Assembly (NCBI GenBank): GCA_021294815.2 | Contig: CP095464.1 | Span: forward strand, 750,001-782,000 | Direction: 5' to 3' | DNA length: 32,000 nt | DNA from: Verrucomicrobiota bacterium | GTDB taxonomy: Bacteria > Verrucomicrobiota > Verrucomicrobiia > Opitutales > LL51 | Part shown: positions 1 through 7,814 of the stretch, piece by piece | Layout of the letters: each line of letters begins with the position of its first letter | Position numbering within the stretch: the stretch's first letter is position 1 | Program-made: the position numbers and the translations under genes | Notes under the pieces: model-generated | What the model was told of the DNA's origin: nothing | What the model saw: only the letters and a program-made list of their open reading frames with translations | Database searches by the model: none

Positions 1-2480
1 GGACGCTAAAGGGCAAAAAAAATTCCCTCGTCCTCAAACCACAGGGGCAGCTTGAGACTGCTAAGGACTATAACGATCTTATTATTGCTTATAAAAATGG
101 CGCACCAGTTTATCTGCGCGATATCGGTGATGCGGTTGAAAGCGTAGAATCCGAGGACATTTGTAATCACTATTGGAATCGGGGTATTACAGAAGACGTT
201 GCTTCCGTTGCGCTGGCGGTAACGCGTGGGGCCGATGCGAATGCGATTAAGATTTCGAAAGCGATTAACGATCTCATTCCTACACTGAATAAGCAGTTGC
301 CTTCTTCGGTAACATTGATTTCCGCCTATGACCGGGCACAAAAAATTATCGAATCGATCGACGATGTAAAAGAAACGCTCTTGATTGCATTTATTCTGGT
401 TGTTTCGGTGATCTTTTTATTCCTTGGGCGTGTACGTGAAACGGTTATTCCAGTTGTCGCGTTACCCTTATCACTTTTGATTACATTTGTGGTCATGTGG
501 ATGTTGGGGTATTCGCTCGATAATTTATCACTTTTAGCCTTAACGCTTGCGATTGGATTCTTGGTCGATGACGCGATTGTATTTTTAGAGAACGTTGTCC
601 GACGTATGGAGCAATTCGGCGAAACGCCTTTCCGAGCATCCATCGAAGGAGGTAAAGAAATCACGTTTACAATTTTATCAATGACGCTTTCGTTAGCGGC
701 CGTCTTTATCCCAATGGTATTTATGCCGGGACAGCTTGGGCGTGTTTTTAGGGAATTTTCTATTACCATTGTCGTTGCGATTTTAGCGTCCGGTCTCGTT
801 TCGATTACCGTAACGCCGATGATGTGTGCGCGTTTGTTGAAGCCCATCAGTGAGGAAAGTCGGACCGCTCTAGAGCGTTTGGTTAAGGCCGTTGAAGATC
901 GCTTTTTAGCATTTTACGGAAAGACATTGCATTGGTTTTTGCGTCAAAAAGTACTCGCGATTACCATTTGGGTTCTAAGCCTCGGGCTCACTTATTTGTC
1001 CTATCTCAACCTTCCCAGAACTTTTTTGCCAGAAGGCGATAGTGGGATTATGATGGGGGTATTTATTGCAGAAGAAGGGGTATCTCCTCAACAAATGCGA
1101 CAGTACCAAAAACAGATTCAGGCAGTCGTTTCTGCGGAACCCGATATTTACCAGAGCATTATTGTTTCAGGTTTAACGGGGTTAATGCAGAGCAATCAGG
1201 GAATTGTCGTTGCCTTTTTAAAAGATGGTAAGCGGGCAAGTATCCAAGAGGTTGTCAAAAATCTAACGCAAAAGCTGTATATGGTTCCAGGAGCAATGAC
1301 CTTCTTACAACCTATGCCGAATTTGCAAATCAATACCGGGACGCAGAAAACGCAACAGGGGAAGTATGCCTTTGCGCTGACCTCGAATAATCCCGATGAA
1401 CTCATCGAACCAGCACAGCAATTACAGATGGTGATGCTTCAGCATCCAGGCTTTAAATCAGTTTCGAGTGATTTGTTCCTCAAAAATCCGGAAGGCCTCG
1501 TACAGTTTTTACGCGAACAGAGTTCTCTTTACGGCGTCGATACCGCGACGGTTGAGAATGAAATTAAGAATGCGTTTTCTGAAAATTACGCCTACCTGAT
1601 CAAAGGTGATACAGACCAGTACCAAGTGATTGTGACGGCAAAAGCTTCTTCGCGGAATTCCAAGGAAGATCTAGAAAATCTCTACCTACACTCTCAAAAA
1701 GGGAAACTCGTACCCTTTTCATCGGTTGCTAAGGTAGATAAAAAACTGGGTCTCGTATCGGTTAATCACATCAACAATATTAATTCTGTTACACTTTACT
1801 TCAACTTAGATGACAACTACGCGATTGGTGACGCAGCTGATTTTATACGTGCCAAGGCCGATGAGCTCTTACCGCCATCGGTAACGGGAGAGTTTCAGGG
1901 AGAAGCGGCAACATTTGCGGAAACGATGCGTGTGATTGTGATTTTGCTTTTCATAGCGATTTTCGTCATGTACGTGATTTTAGGGATTTTATACGAAAGT
2001 TACATTCATCCCATCACGGTTCTTTCTTCCCTACCGGTTGCGATTGCGGGTGGGCTTGCAACGCTATGGGGAGCCAAAGAGCTAGGAATTTCCGGGATGG
2101 AGCTTTCGCTATACGCGTGCATAGGGATTTTCATGCTCATAGGCATTGTCAAAAAGAACGGGATTATGATTGTAGATTTTGCGATTGCCCGACAGAAAGA
2201 GGGTAAATCTCCGGAAGAAGCGATTCACGAAGCGAGTCTTTCACGCTTTCGTCCGATCATCATGACGACGCTTGCAGCACTCATGGGCATGGTACCGATT
2301 GCCGCCGGATGGGGTGCGGATGGTGCTTCCCGGATACCGTTAGGGCTTTGTGTAGTCGGTGGCTTAGTCTTTTCCCAGATCATCACGCTCTACATCACAC
2401 CGGTGATTTACGTCTGTTTTGAGTACTTCCAAGAGCGTGTCCTCGACAAAATTCCCTTCTTCGCCCGGGAGGTGGAATAA
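1..2480 (+). CDS. RND-family (AcrB/HAE1-type) inner-membrane efflux transporter, 5'-truncated by the window edge
   Basis: Frame 3 is open from nt 3 (TLKGKKNSLVLKPQGQLETAKDYNDLIIAYKNGAPVYLRDIGD...) into the listed 297..2480 ORF, so the TTG at 297 is not the true start. Typical RND strings are present: GFLVDDAIVFLENV, FMLIGIVKKNGIMIVDFA, RFRPIIMTTLAALMGMVPIA. Stop TAA at 2478-2480. Confidence 0.9.
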   Translation, partial: TLKGKKNSLVLKPQGQLETAKDYNDLIIAYKNGAPVYLRDIGDAVESVESEDICNHYWNRGITEDVASVALAVTRGADANAIKISKAINDLIPTLNKQLPSSVTLISAYDRAQKIIESIDDVKETLLIAFILVVSVIFLFLGRVRETVIPVVALPLSLLITFVVMWMLGYSLDNLSLLALTLAIGFLVDDAIVFLENVVRRMEQFGETPFRASIEGGKEITFTILSMTLSLAAVFIPMVFMPGQLGRVFREFSITIVVAILASGLVSITVTPMMCARLLKPISEESRTALERLVKAVEDRFLAFYGKTLHWFLRQKVLAITIWVLSLGLTYLSYLNLPRTFLPEGDSGIMMGVFIAEEGVSPQQMRQYQKQIQAVVSAEPDIYQSIIVSGLTGLMQSNQGIVVAFLKDGKRASIQEVVKNLTQKLYMVPGAMTFLQPMPNLQINTGTQKTQQGKYAFALTSNNPDELIEPAQQLQMVMLQHPGFKSVSSDLFLKNPEGLVQFLREQSSLYGVDTATVENEIKNAFSENYAYLIKGDTDQYQVIVTAKASSRNSKEDLENLYLHSQKGKLVPFSSVAKVDKKLGLVSVNHINNINSVTLYFNLDDNYAIGDAADFIRAKADELLPPSVTGEFQGEAATFAETMRVIVILLFIAIFVMYVILGILYESYIHPITVLSSLPVAIAGGLATLWGAKELGISGMELSLYACIGIFMLIGIVKKNGIMIVDFAIARQKEGKSPEEAIHEASLSRFRPIIMTTLAALMGMVPIAAGWGADGASRIPLGLCVVGGLVFSQIITLYITPVIYVCFEYFQERVLDKIPFFAREVE

Positions 2481-2593
2481 AATCCACATGTGAAACCTGT
2501 ATTTCTGAAACAATAATTTTGGGGTTATAGCTCCTGCAGGGAGATATATTTGGTTTTTATAAATTTTTATAAACTTTATAAATAAAAGAAATT

Positions 2594-2602
2594 TGTTACA
2601 AT
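2594..2602 (+). promoter_or_regulatory. Candidate extended -10 promoter element (TGtTACAAT) for the 2614 ORF
   Basis: TGT+TACAAT at 2594-2602 lies in a strongly AT-rich spacer (tttataaatttttataaactttataaataaaag). There is no good -35 (ctttat at 2574-2579). Pattern match only. Confidence 0.3.
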
Positions 2603-2613
2603 GCTGAAGTATT

Positions 2614-3165
2614 GTGGGAAATGGGATAAATGATTTCGATGTAATAGGTAAGGCTATTAATTATTTTGGCTCCAAAGAGTGGGGCATTAAAAAGAATAAG
2701 ATGAAGGCCGATGCTAAGGCAATCGGAGAAGCTATAAAGAATAGTGAAGCCGGAAAAGCTTTCAAGGCGATTGGAGGAGCTATTAAAGATGGTGTCAAAA
2801 ATTTGAGTCTCGACATTGCTGATTCGTCAAAAGTGACAAAAGGCAAGCTGGATAAGTTTGGGAAGACAGCAAAGAAGGCCGTAGAGCAATCAAACTTCGC
2901 AGCCGCATCGAAATTTAAAAGCGCTTTTGGTCCAATGCAGGTAATAAACAAGTATACACCGATAAGGGAAGAAAGGCAGTATGGCAACCAAAAGATAGGA
3001 TCTTGTAAAATGAATGTTATTGTTGGTTTTCAAGACAAAAAAGGAAACGAAATAAGTACCGATCAGTTCTTAGATGAGCTGAACGAAGCCCGAAAAGCTG
3101 TGGGTATGAAACCGTTGAAAGGTTTTGAAAGCGTCCATTTCACCCATAAAGCCATATATCGATGA
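2614..3165 (+). CDS. Hypothetical lysine/alanine/glycine-rich protein (ORFan), no recognisable family
   Basis: 183-codon ORF starting at GTG 2614. An in-frame TGA at 2605 prevents any longer form, and the alternative ATG at 2701 gives 154 aa. Repeated amphipathic motif: AKAIGEAIKN / FKAIGGAIKDG. No signal peptide or TM segment. Visibly lower GC than the flanking genes. Confidence 0.5.
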   Translation: MGNGINDFDVIGKAINYFGSKEWGIKKNKMKADAKAIGEAIKNSEAGKAFKAIGGAIKDGVKNLSLDIADSSKVTKGKLDKFGKTAKKAVEQSNFAAASKFKSAFGPMQVINKYTPIREERQYGNQKIGSCKMNVIVGFQDKKGNEISTDQFLDELNEARKAVGMKPLKGFESVHFTHKAIYR

Positions 3166-3177
3166 TTAAGCTTGACC

Positions 3178-4872
3178 TCAAATTTTAAAGATATTACCGA
3201 AGCTTTTGCCAAGGAGGGTGGAGACGCCCATGATGGCAATTGCTAAAAAGGTCATGGCCCAGACGCCAAGTGCACAGGCGAGGAATGGGCCGTCGCCAAG
3301 CATGTGAATCAACTCATAAATGGCCTTCGTAATTGGGTAAAACTGTTGCTTCTGGGCAAGTACAATCGAGTCGGAAACTTCGAGCATCGTTTGGGAGAAA
3401 ACCAGTAAGCCGCCCGCAATGAGGTTTGCACTGATTAACGGAATTGTGATCTTGAAGGTCGAACGGATCGGAGAACAACCAAAACACTGAGCAGCTTCCT
3501 CATAGGCGACACTGGTCTGTTGGAGCCCTGCACTTGCCGAGCGGACCATAAAGGGCAGTTTACGAATGGCGTATGCGATGATGAGTAGCGTTGTTGGATT
3601 TTCAATAGGATTGAGAAAGGCAAAAAGACGTCCGGTTTGGCTCATAGCAAGATAACCGAAGGCCGTTACAAGCCCCGGCACCGAGAGTGGTAACATCGCC
3701 AGAGAATCGATGAGATTCCGACCAGGGAAGCGTGTGCGAACGACCACAAAGGCGATCGAAATCCCCAAGAGAAGGGCTATAATGGTCGCACAGCTTGAAT
3801 AGATGAGGCTATTGAGGATCGAGGGCGTCGTAAGAGGATGTCCAAGCGCAATGGCGTAATTTTGGAACGTCCATGTCTCCGGTAACATCGTGCTGTACCA
3901 ATCGGAGGCACAGGATTTTAAGATCACCGCAAGGTGCGGTAAGAGGGCACAAAACGTAACGCTGAAAAATCCAAAGCTTAAAAAAAGTTGAAAGCAAAAA
4001 TGAGGGCGGACTGTAACTGCGGTATGCGTAGCTTTTGAAATTGATGCAAAGTCATAACGACCGAGGACAAATTTCCCTAAAATGTAGAACAGAAGTGAAA
4101 AACAGAGCATTACGGAGACTAGTGCATAAGGAAAAGGATTTCCGCCAATATCCTTGAGTCCGAAGTAAATTTGGACCGGGGTGACCGTGTTGTAATCAAA
4201 AATAAGCGGTACACCGAGTTCCGTAAACGCCCAGATGAAGACCAGTGTCGAACCCGCAAAAATCCCCGGCGTAATGAGTGGAAGTGTGATCTTAAAAAAT
4301 CGTTTGAGACCGATACAGCCAAAGTTCGCCGCGGCTTCTTCCATCGCAGAGTCGATATTTGCAAGCGACGCAATGATATTGAGATACAGAATAGGATAAA
4401 GCCCGAGGGCATTCATCAGCACAATCCCCAAGAGCTTGTAATGGCCAAGCCAATCGATAATTTCCCCGGTGGGTAGCCAGCCAAATTTCCAGAGCAGCGC
4501 GTTTACAATCCCGTAAGAACCGAAAATCTGCTGAATGCCAATCGCTCCAACAAAAGGCGGGAGCATAATGGGTAATAGTGTCGCTGTTGTGAGAATTTTT
4601 TTAAACGGAAATTCGTATTTGTGCGAACAGTACGCAAGCGGAATCGCAATCAGTAGAGCTGTCAAAGTCGACATGAGCCCGATAATAATCGCATTACAGA
4701 GGCCCTCGACGTATACGTGATTTTGGAAAATGATTTTAAAAAAACCGAGCGTCCACTGGCCATCGACGTTAAAGAACCCGCCCTGGAGAATTTCCCAAAT
4801 CGGCCACAAAAAGAAGCACCCTAACAGTAGGGTTGTGACGACGAACACGCTCAGCGAAAATAATTTAGTCAT
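3178..4872 (-). CDS. ABC transporter permease with two fused MetI-type modules (FbpB/ThiP class: iron(III) or thiamine type)
   Basis: 564 aa, roughly 12 hydrophobic segments, and two EAA-loop motifs: AMEEAAANFGCIGLKRFFKITLPLITPG and AYEEAAQCFGCSPIRSTFKITIPLISAN. ATG at 4870-4872. Confidence 0.85.
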   Translation of the reverse strand: MTKLFSLSVFVVTTLLLGCFFLWPIWEILQGGFFNVDGQWTLGFFKIIFQNHVYVEGLCNAIIIGLMSTLTALLIAIPLAYCSHKYEFPFKKILTTATLLPIMLPPFVGAIGIQQIFGSYGIVNALLWKFGWLPTGEIIDWLGHYKLLGIVLMNALGLYPILYLNIIASLANIDSAMEEAAANFGCIGLKRFFKITLPLITPGIFAGSTLVFIWAFTELGVPLIFDYNTVTPVQIYFGLKDIGGNPFPYALVSVMLCFSLLFYILGKFVLGRYDFASISKATHTAVTVRPHFCFQLFLSFGFFSVTFCALLPHLAVILKSCASDWYSTMLPETWTFQNYAIALGHPLTTPSILNSLIYSSCATIIALLLGISIAFVVVRTRFPGRNLIDSLAMLPLSVPGLVTAFGYLAMSQTGRLFAFLNPIENPTTLLIIAYAIRKLPFMVRSASAGLQQTSVAYEEAAQCFGCSPIRSTFKITIPLISANLIAGGLLVFSQTMLEVSDSIVLAQKQQFYPITKAIYELIHMLGDGPFLACALGVWAMTFLAIAIMGVSTLLGKSFGNIFKI

Positions 4873-4919
4873 GCCACTTTCCGCCCTAACGAAAATGGTT
4901 TTTCCCTAAAAAGTCCAAG

Positions 4920-7382
4920 CTATTTTTGTTCGGAAAAGATCGGATCCCATAGCCGTTTTATTTTTTGTGCCAGAAGAATCTCTTTAGCAGGTGCGATTTC
5001 CGCGATTGGCAGCACAAAAGAATAGGATATAAACGGGGATTGAAATTCATAACCAAAGGCGCCCTCGATTAGGAGTGAACGGAGATAATGTTCGAAAAAG
5101 AGCTGGTTATCACCGTCTAAAATTGAATCTATGGGGATAAGTTCGACCGGTGCGTAGGGATCGGGGTTGAGGATGAGCAGTTGGATATTTTTGTAGTTCA
5201 TTGTACGCAAAATCCAGCCGTATAGTACGAGTTGAAAGCCCGTGAGAGAGTCTGGCAGACGCGTGTATTTTTTCGCTAGCTTTTTAAGGTCTTTTGTCGA
5301 TGTAGCACCTGTTTTGTAGTCGATTAAAATTAGATCGTTTTGTGCATTTTCTGAATGAAAATTGTTACGAAAAGGTTTTTTCGATAAAATCGCATCTGCA
5401 CGCCCGCAGATAGGAATTTCCGTACCATCCGAAAGACAGAGTGGCGTTTGAAGGTCGATTTCGCTCGTTAAATAGGGGTATTCCGTATTTGTTCCCAGTT
5501 TTTCAGCAATTCTTAGGGCATTGGTAACTGCATTGTTGAGGACGCTTTTTCGCGGTGTAGAGGGTATTAACTCTAATGCTTTAGCCTGAATCAACATTTG
5601 CATTTCACGAAGTTCAGGAAGCGTTGTGTTGGGAAAAGCGAGTAGTTGGTGTGTCCAAATGCCGGCCCATTTTTTCGGCTCAAAATCGAGTGTTGTGGGG
5701 GCGTTCTTTAAAATGTGACGATACCAAACACTTTCGGAATGTGTATACGCGTGCTCGATAGCCGTTGTGGACAGTCGGATACAGTCTGTTTTTCGAGTGT
5801 ATGCAAAAATGCTCTGAGCCTTTTGTGGACCGGTGCGTTCCTGGTGAACATGTTCAAGCTCTGGAAAACTCGAGCGATTTTCATTTTTCCGACAATGAAC
5901 GGTGATGGTGCTTACCCGATCGGGCGATAAAATTGTTTCTGTAACTTGGTGATAAAGCAGCGAAAAAGTCGACGATTGAGAGGTACGTTCTGTCAAAAAA
6001 TCAATGCGTGGAGCGTTCAAATTTCGTAGCGCTTCAAGCGATTTTTCGGGAACTTCATTCCCTAAAAAGACAATAATACGGTTAAACGACAGCAGCCGTA
6101 CGGAGGTCAGATCAAGTAAGTAAATGGAAGTTTTACAGGACACATAGGGGTGTTGCGGTTGAGAATGATGAGCAATTTCGATAAAATCCAAAAAGGCGTT
6201 CTTTGTGACCGCATAATCTGCGGGAAATTTTTTGAAAATGTTCGGGAAAATTGTTTCTGTATTTTCGGTAAATACCCCTAAAAGACCTTCTTTAGGGAGG
6301 AGTGGGTAGTTTTGAAGAAATTCGCAGATGTGCGGGGGAAGGTTTTGGCGCAGTGTATTGATATCCCGCGTTGGATTGAGCGCAAAAGCCTCTGCCAAAA
6401 TTTCACGAATCGGTTTTTCTCGGGGCGACGTCGGTTGGAGCTTTTGCCAAGCGGTGTAAAAATCGATGAAGTCCTCCAAACGTTCGGTTCGTTGCCAATA
6501 CAGCCATGCAGCGAGGAAATTGTCCCGTAAATTCGAGGTGTGTGCCCTAAATCCGCTTAAAAACGGCAAATTTTTTTTTTGGAGAGCATAGGCAATTCGC
6601 ACGGCGTCTGCTTCGGTAAAACAAATAATCGCAGTAGTTTCGGTGGGAATAGAAGTATTTGGGAATTGTTTCTGAGCGAGCGATTGTGTAATATAAGTAC
6701 CTGTATCGCCATCGACGATTGAAAAAACTTTTTCTGCGACACTGCTTGCGTTTTGCAGAGAAGGGCGCAATATCACCTCGTCCCAATTTTTCCCGAGCGT
6801 TTTGTGCATTGGCACCACGCCGTTCTTCAGATCGAAAGCGAAATAGGTAACCCGTTTGGCAATCGTTTTACACAGTCGAGCAAATGGTGCGCTGAGATAA
6901 AGGGGATCCGACGCGGTAATCCCAAATAGAAGAAAATGCTGGAAAATTTTTTGAGGGAAAACTTTTCCCCAATCTTGGTGACATAAGAATTGTTCGGGTG
7001 TGATCCAACCAAGGCGATGCAACTCCGCAGCGATTATTTTCTCAGTCTCAGGATTGTGACGTAAAACTTTAAAACTTGCTTCGGGCGACGTGCATGGAAT
7101 GTTACGATTGCGTAATAAAAATAGCAACTCGTGACGTGTAACAATGTGAGGTATTTCTGGGTTTTGTTGCAGAACCCATTCTAAAAAGTCTTCGAAAGTA
7201 AACCATGCAATACCCGCCAAATTCGGGAAGTGCTGTTCCGTGAATTGCCGGAGGTACAAAATTACAACTTGAGAAGGGCAGAGTGCGCAAGTGGAAATCG
7301 CTTCATGATGGTCCAACGCGGAAAATAGCGATGACAAATCTTGCTGAATTGAACGAAAATCGCTTGTCACGAACCCCGGCAC
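4920..7382 (-). CDS. AddB-like protein: degenerate UvrD/AddB helicase-like region plus C-terminal RecB-type PD-(D/E)XK nuclease domain
   Basis: 820 aa. C-terminal nuclease motifs are GRADAIL, LILIDYKTG and FQLVLYGWIL (the GRxD / DYK / QLxxY pattern of RecB/AddB/Cas4-type nucleases). AddB-like strings IICFTEADAVRIAYALQKKNLPFLSG and FNRIIVFLGNEVPEKS are present. No GxxxxGK[ST] Walker A anywhere. The listed start is GTG, so the N-terminus is uncertain. Confidence 0.7.
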   Translation of the reverse strand: MPGFVTSDFRSIQQDLSSLFSALDHHEAISTCALCPSQVVILYLRQFTEQHFPNLAGIAWFTFEDFLEWVLQQNPEIPHIVTRHELLFLLRNRNIPCTSPEASFKVLRHNPETEKIIAAELHRLGWITPEQFLCHQDWGKVFPQKIFQHFLLFGITASDPLYLSAPFARLCKTIAKRVTYFAFDLKNGVVPMHKTLGKNWDEVILRPSLQNASSVAEKVFSIVDGDTGTYITQSLAQKQFPNTSIPTETTAIICFTEADAVRIAYALQKKNLPFLSGFRAHTSNLRDNFLAAWLYWQRTERLEDFIDFYTAWQKLQPTSPREKPIREILAEAFALNPTRDINTLRQNLPPHICEFLQNYPLLPKEGLLGVFTENTETIFPNIFKKFPADYAVTKNAFLDFIEIAHHSQPQHPYVSCKTSIYLLDLTSVRLLSFNRIIVFLGNEVPEKSLEALRNLNAPRIDFLTERTSQSSTFSLLYHQVTETILSPDRVSTITVHCRKNENRSSFPELEHVHQERTGPQKAQSIFAYTRKTDCIRLSTTAIEHAYTHSESVWYRHILKNAPTTLDFEPKKWAGIWTHQLLAFPNTTLPELREMQMLIQAKALELIPSTPRKSVLNNAVTNALRIAEKLGTNTEYPYLTSEIDLQTPLCLSDGTEIPICGRADAILSKKPFRNNFHSENAQNDLILIDYKTGATSTKDLKKLAKKYTRLPDSLTGFQLVLYGWILRTMNYKNIQLLILNPDPYAPVELIPIDSILDGDNQLFFEHYLRSLLIEGAFGYEFQSPFISYSFVLPIAEIAPAKEILLAQKIKRLWDPIFSEQK

Positions 7383-7451
7383 ATCGGTTATGCAAGCAAA
7401 CGTTATTGGGTTGCAAGTTTCGAAATCGCGCTAAGATGTTGTGCCGTCGGT

Positions 7452-7802
7452 ATGCACCAAATTACGTTCAGCAAGCAGAGCCTGAAGGAGTTCAATCAAC
7501 TCGACAGGAAAATGCAGCTTGAGTTTGTCGAGCAGCTGAGCGTGTTTTGCGATGAGTGCTTGAAACATAAATCGACAAATGTCCAAAAATTTCGCCGTGG
7601 CGAACGTGACATTTATCGCTGCCGTATCGGTGATTTGCGCGTCTACTTCGAACTCAACGAGGATGCTGTTTTGTGCACGTACATCCTCCACCAGCACACA
7701 CTATCCGATTTTATCTATCGCAATAAGCTGCCGATTTCAGAAGAGCAGATGTGCGAACAATACGATTCGTTCTGGAAATATTTGGAATCCTTGCGTCGCT
7801 GA
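7452..7802 (+). CDS. RelE/ParE-superfamily toxin-like protein with a roughly 25-30 aa C-terminal extension
   Basis: 116 aa. It aligns by eye to E. coli RelE: ITFSKQSLKEFNQLDRKMQLEFVEQL versus LDFDERALKEWRKLGSTVREQLKKKL, and IYRCRIGDLRVYFELNEDAVLCTYILHQH versus CYKIKLRSSGYRLVYQVIDEKVVVFVISVGKR. ATG at 7452. Confidence 0.7.
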   Translation: MHQITFSKQSLKEFNQLDRKMQLEFVEQLSVFCDECLKHKSTNVQKFRRGERDIYRCRIGDLRVYFELNEDAVLCTYILHQHTLSDFIYRNKLPISEEQMCEQYDSFWKYLESLRR

Positions 7803-7814
7803 TCAAAAAACGAG

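Noticed and set aside
326-847. A 173-aa antisense ORF (and 6..341) opposite the RND transporter.
   Set aside because: These are shadow ORFs of the RND coding frame, which is continuous from the window edge.
2529-2560. The palindromic ctcctgcagggag followed by a T-rich stretch after the RND gene, considered as an intrinsic terminator.
   Set aside because: The stem is only 4-5 bp and the T tract is interrupted, so it is too weak to call.
7283-7522. A 79-aa plus-strand ORF upstream of and overlapping the RelE-like gene, considered as a candidate antitoxin.
   Set aside because: It mostly overlaps the N-terminus of the AddB-like gene on the opposite strand and the toxin gene in another frame. 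Its R/K/C-rich sequence has no RHH, HTH or Phd-like pattern.
7431-7697. An 88-aa ORF antisense to the RelE-like gene, considered as a possible antitoxin.
   Set aside because: Type II antitoxins are not encoded antisense within the toxin frame, and mirror ORFs are expected by chance. An antisense RNA cannot be excluded, but nothing in the sequence supports one.
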